Assembly: GCA_035221665.1 (NCBI GenBank)
Contig: CM069166.1
Coordinates: 9,238,001 to 9,302,000, forward strand
DNA: 64,000 nt
Source of the DNA: Okamejei kenojei
Taxonomy: Eukaryota
Direction of reading: 5' to 3'
Part shown: positions 63,361 through 64,000 of the stretch, in pieces
Numbering within the stretch: position 1 is the stretch's first letter
Layout of the letters: the number at the start of each line of letters is the position of its first letter
Position numbers and translations under genes: made by a program
The notes under the pieces: generated by a model
Told to the model about the DNA's origin: nothing
The model's database searches: none
Seen by the model: only the letters and a program-made list of their open reading frames with translations

Positions 63361-64000
63361 TTTACAATAAATGTGCCTCGACTTGAATTTCCGCAAATGA
63401 AACCCAACCTGAAGCTTGGGCCTGAAGTAAACCTGGCATTTCTTTTCTTCCCTTCTTATAATGCCCATCAAGATCACTATCACACCTGTTAACATTTTCA
63501 ATTTTGCATTCTTGACTTTGAGTCCCCAACCCAACCAATTACATTCCCATCCAGCACCTCTATCATGCCATGTTGTGCAACTATCCAAGAGGACATCAGC
63601 CAGACACTTCTCTCCCTCCTTCAAGATGTTTGGGGTGGGGAAGCAGCAACCCATATTTTGTTTAAAAAGATGAGCAACTGATAAGATTTAACCTCCAAGA
63701 CTACATAATGAACAGTGGGATTCATCTAATAAACAGTTTTACCTTTAACTTTAATAGATCATCTAATACTTGGTACACATTCTACAGCTCTGACACAATG
63801 GCTTTACTGCTGTCAACGTACTTTAGGGATTTATACGCTACACAGATTTTGATCATTCAAATCAGAAACAATTTACTCTATTCAAATCAGAAACAGTTTA
63901 GTTTATTAATCAAATTAATTGAAAATTGTACTTTAACCTATTATGAATAAATATATTTGATTTCAAAGGTAACATTTTTATGCCCCGCCTCAGGATAACC

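Noticed and set aside
59569-64000. BRD4 ET-domain exon
   Set aside because: No FETLKPSTLRELE-like sequence found; it presumably lies beyond the window end. The 182-aa ORF at 62219-62767 is a Rex1 tail.

Overview
Vertebrate genomic DNA, not prokaryotic. The repeat content (HE1-type tRNA SINEs, CR1 LINE tails ending in ATAGAAAC repeats, Rex1/Babar, Penelope) points to a cartilaginous fish, probably a skate or ray. Two spliced genes lie in tandem on the minus strand. The first is the 3' half of BRD4: 11 coding exons from 59568 to 13615 that join in frame (2129 nt, ending [22 protein letters not shown]), plus a long 3' UTR. The second is the first three coding exons of an EPHX3/EPHX4-family epoxide hydrolase (4426 to 321), the same BRD4-EPHX3 order as in human. 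Most ORFs in the track are transposon fragments or noise. Main observations: (1) BRD4 keeps a symmetric 120-nt BRD2/BRD3-type post-ET coiled-coil exon that mammalian BRD4 lacks; (2) just downstream, a candidate poison exon is looped out by an RNA stem that also covers its donor; (3) many Penelope-derived mini-elements carry minimal hammerhead-ribozyme cores and 11-12 bp target-site duplications, including a retrozyme-like 205-nt tandem unit; (4) a 66-bp near-perfect fold-back, a GC-AG intron and a candidate short BRD4 isoform ending in the intron. All coordinates were read by eye; no database searches were run.
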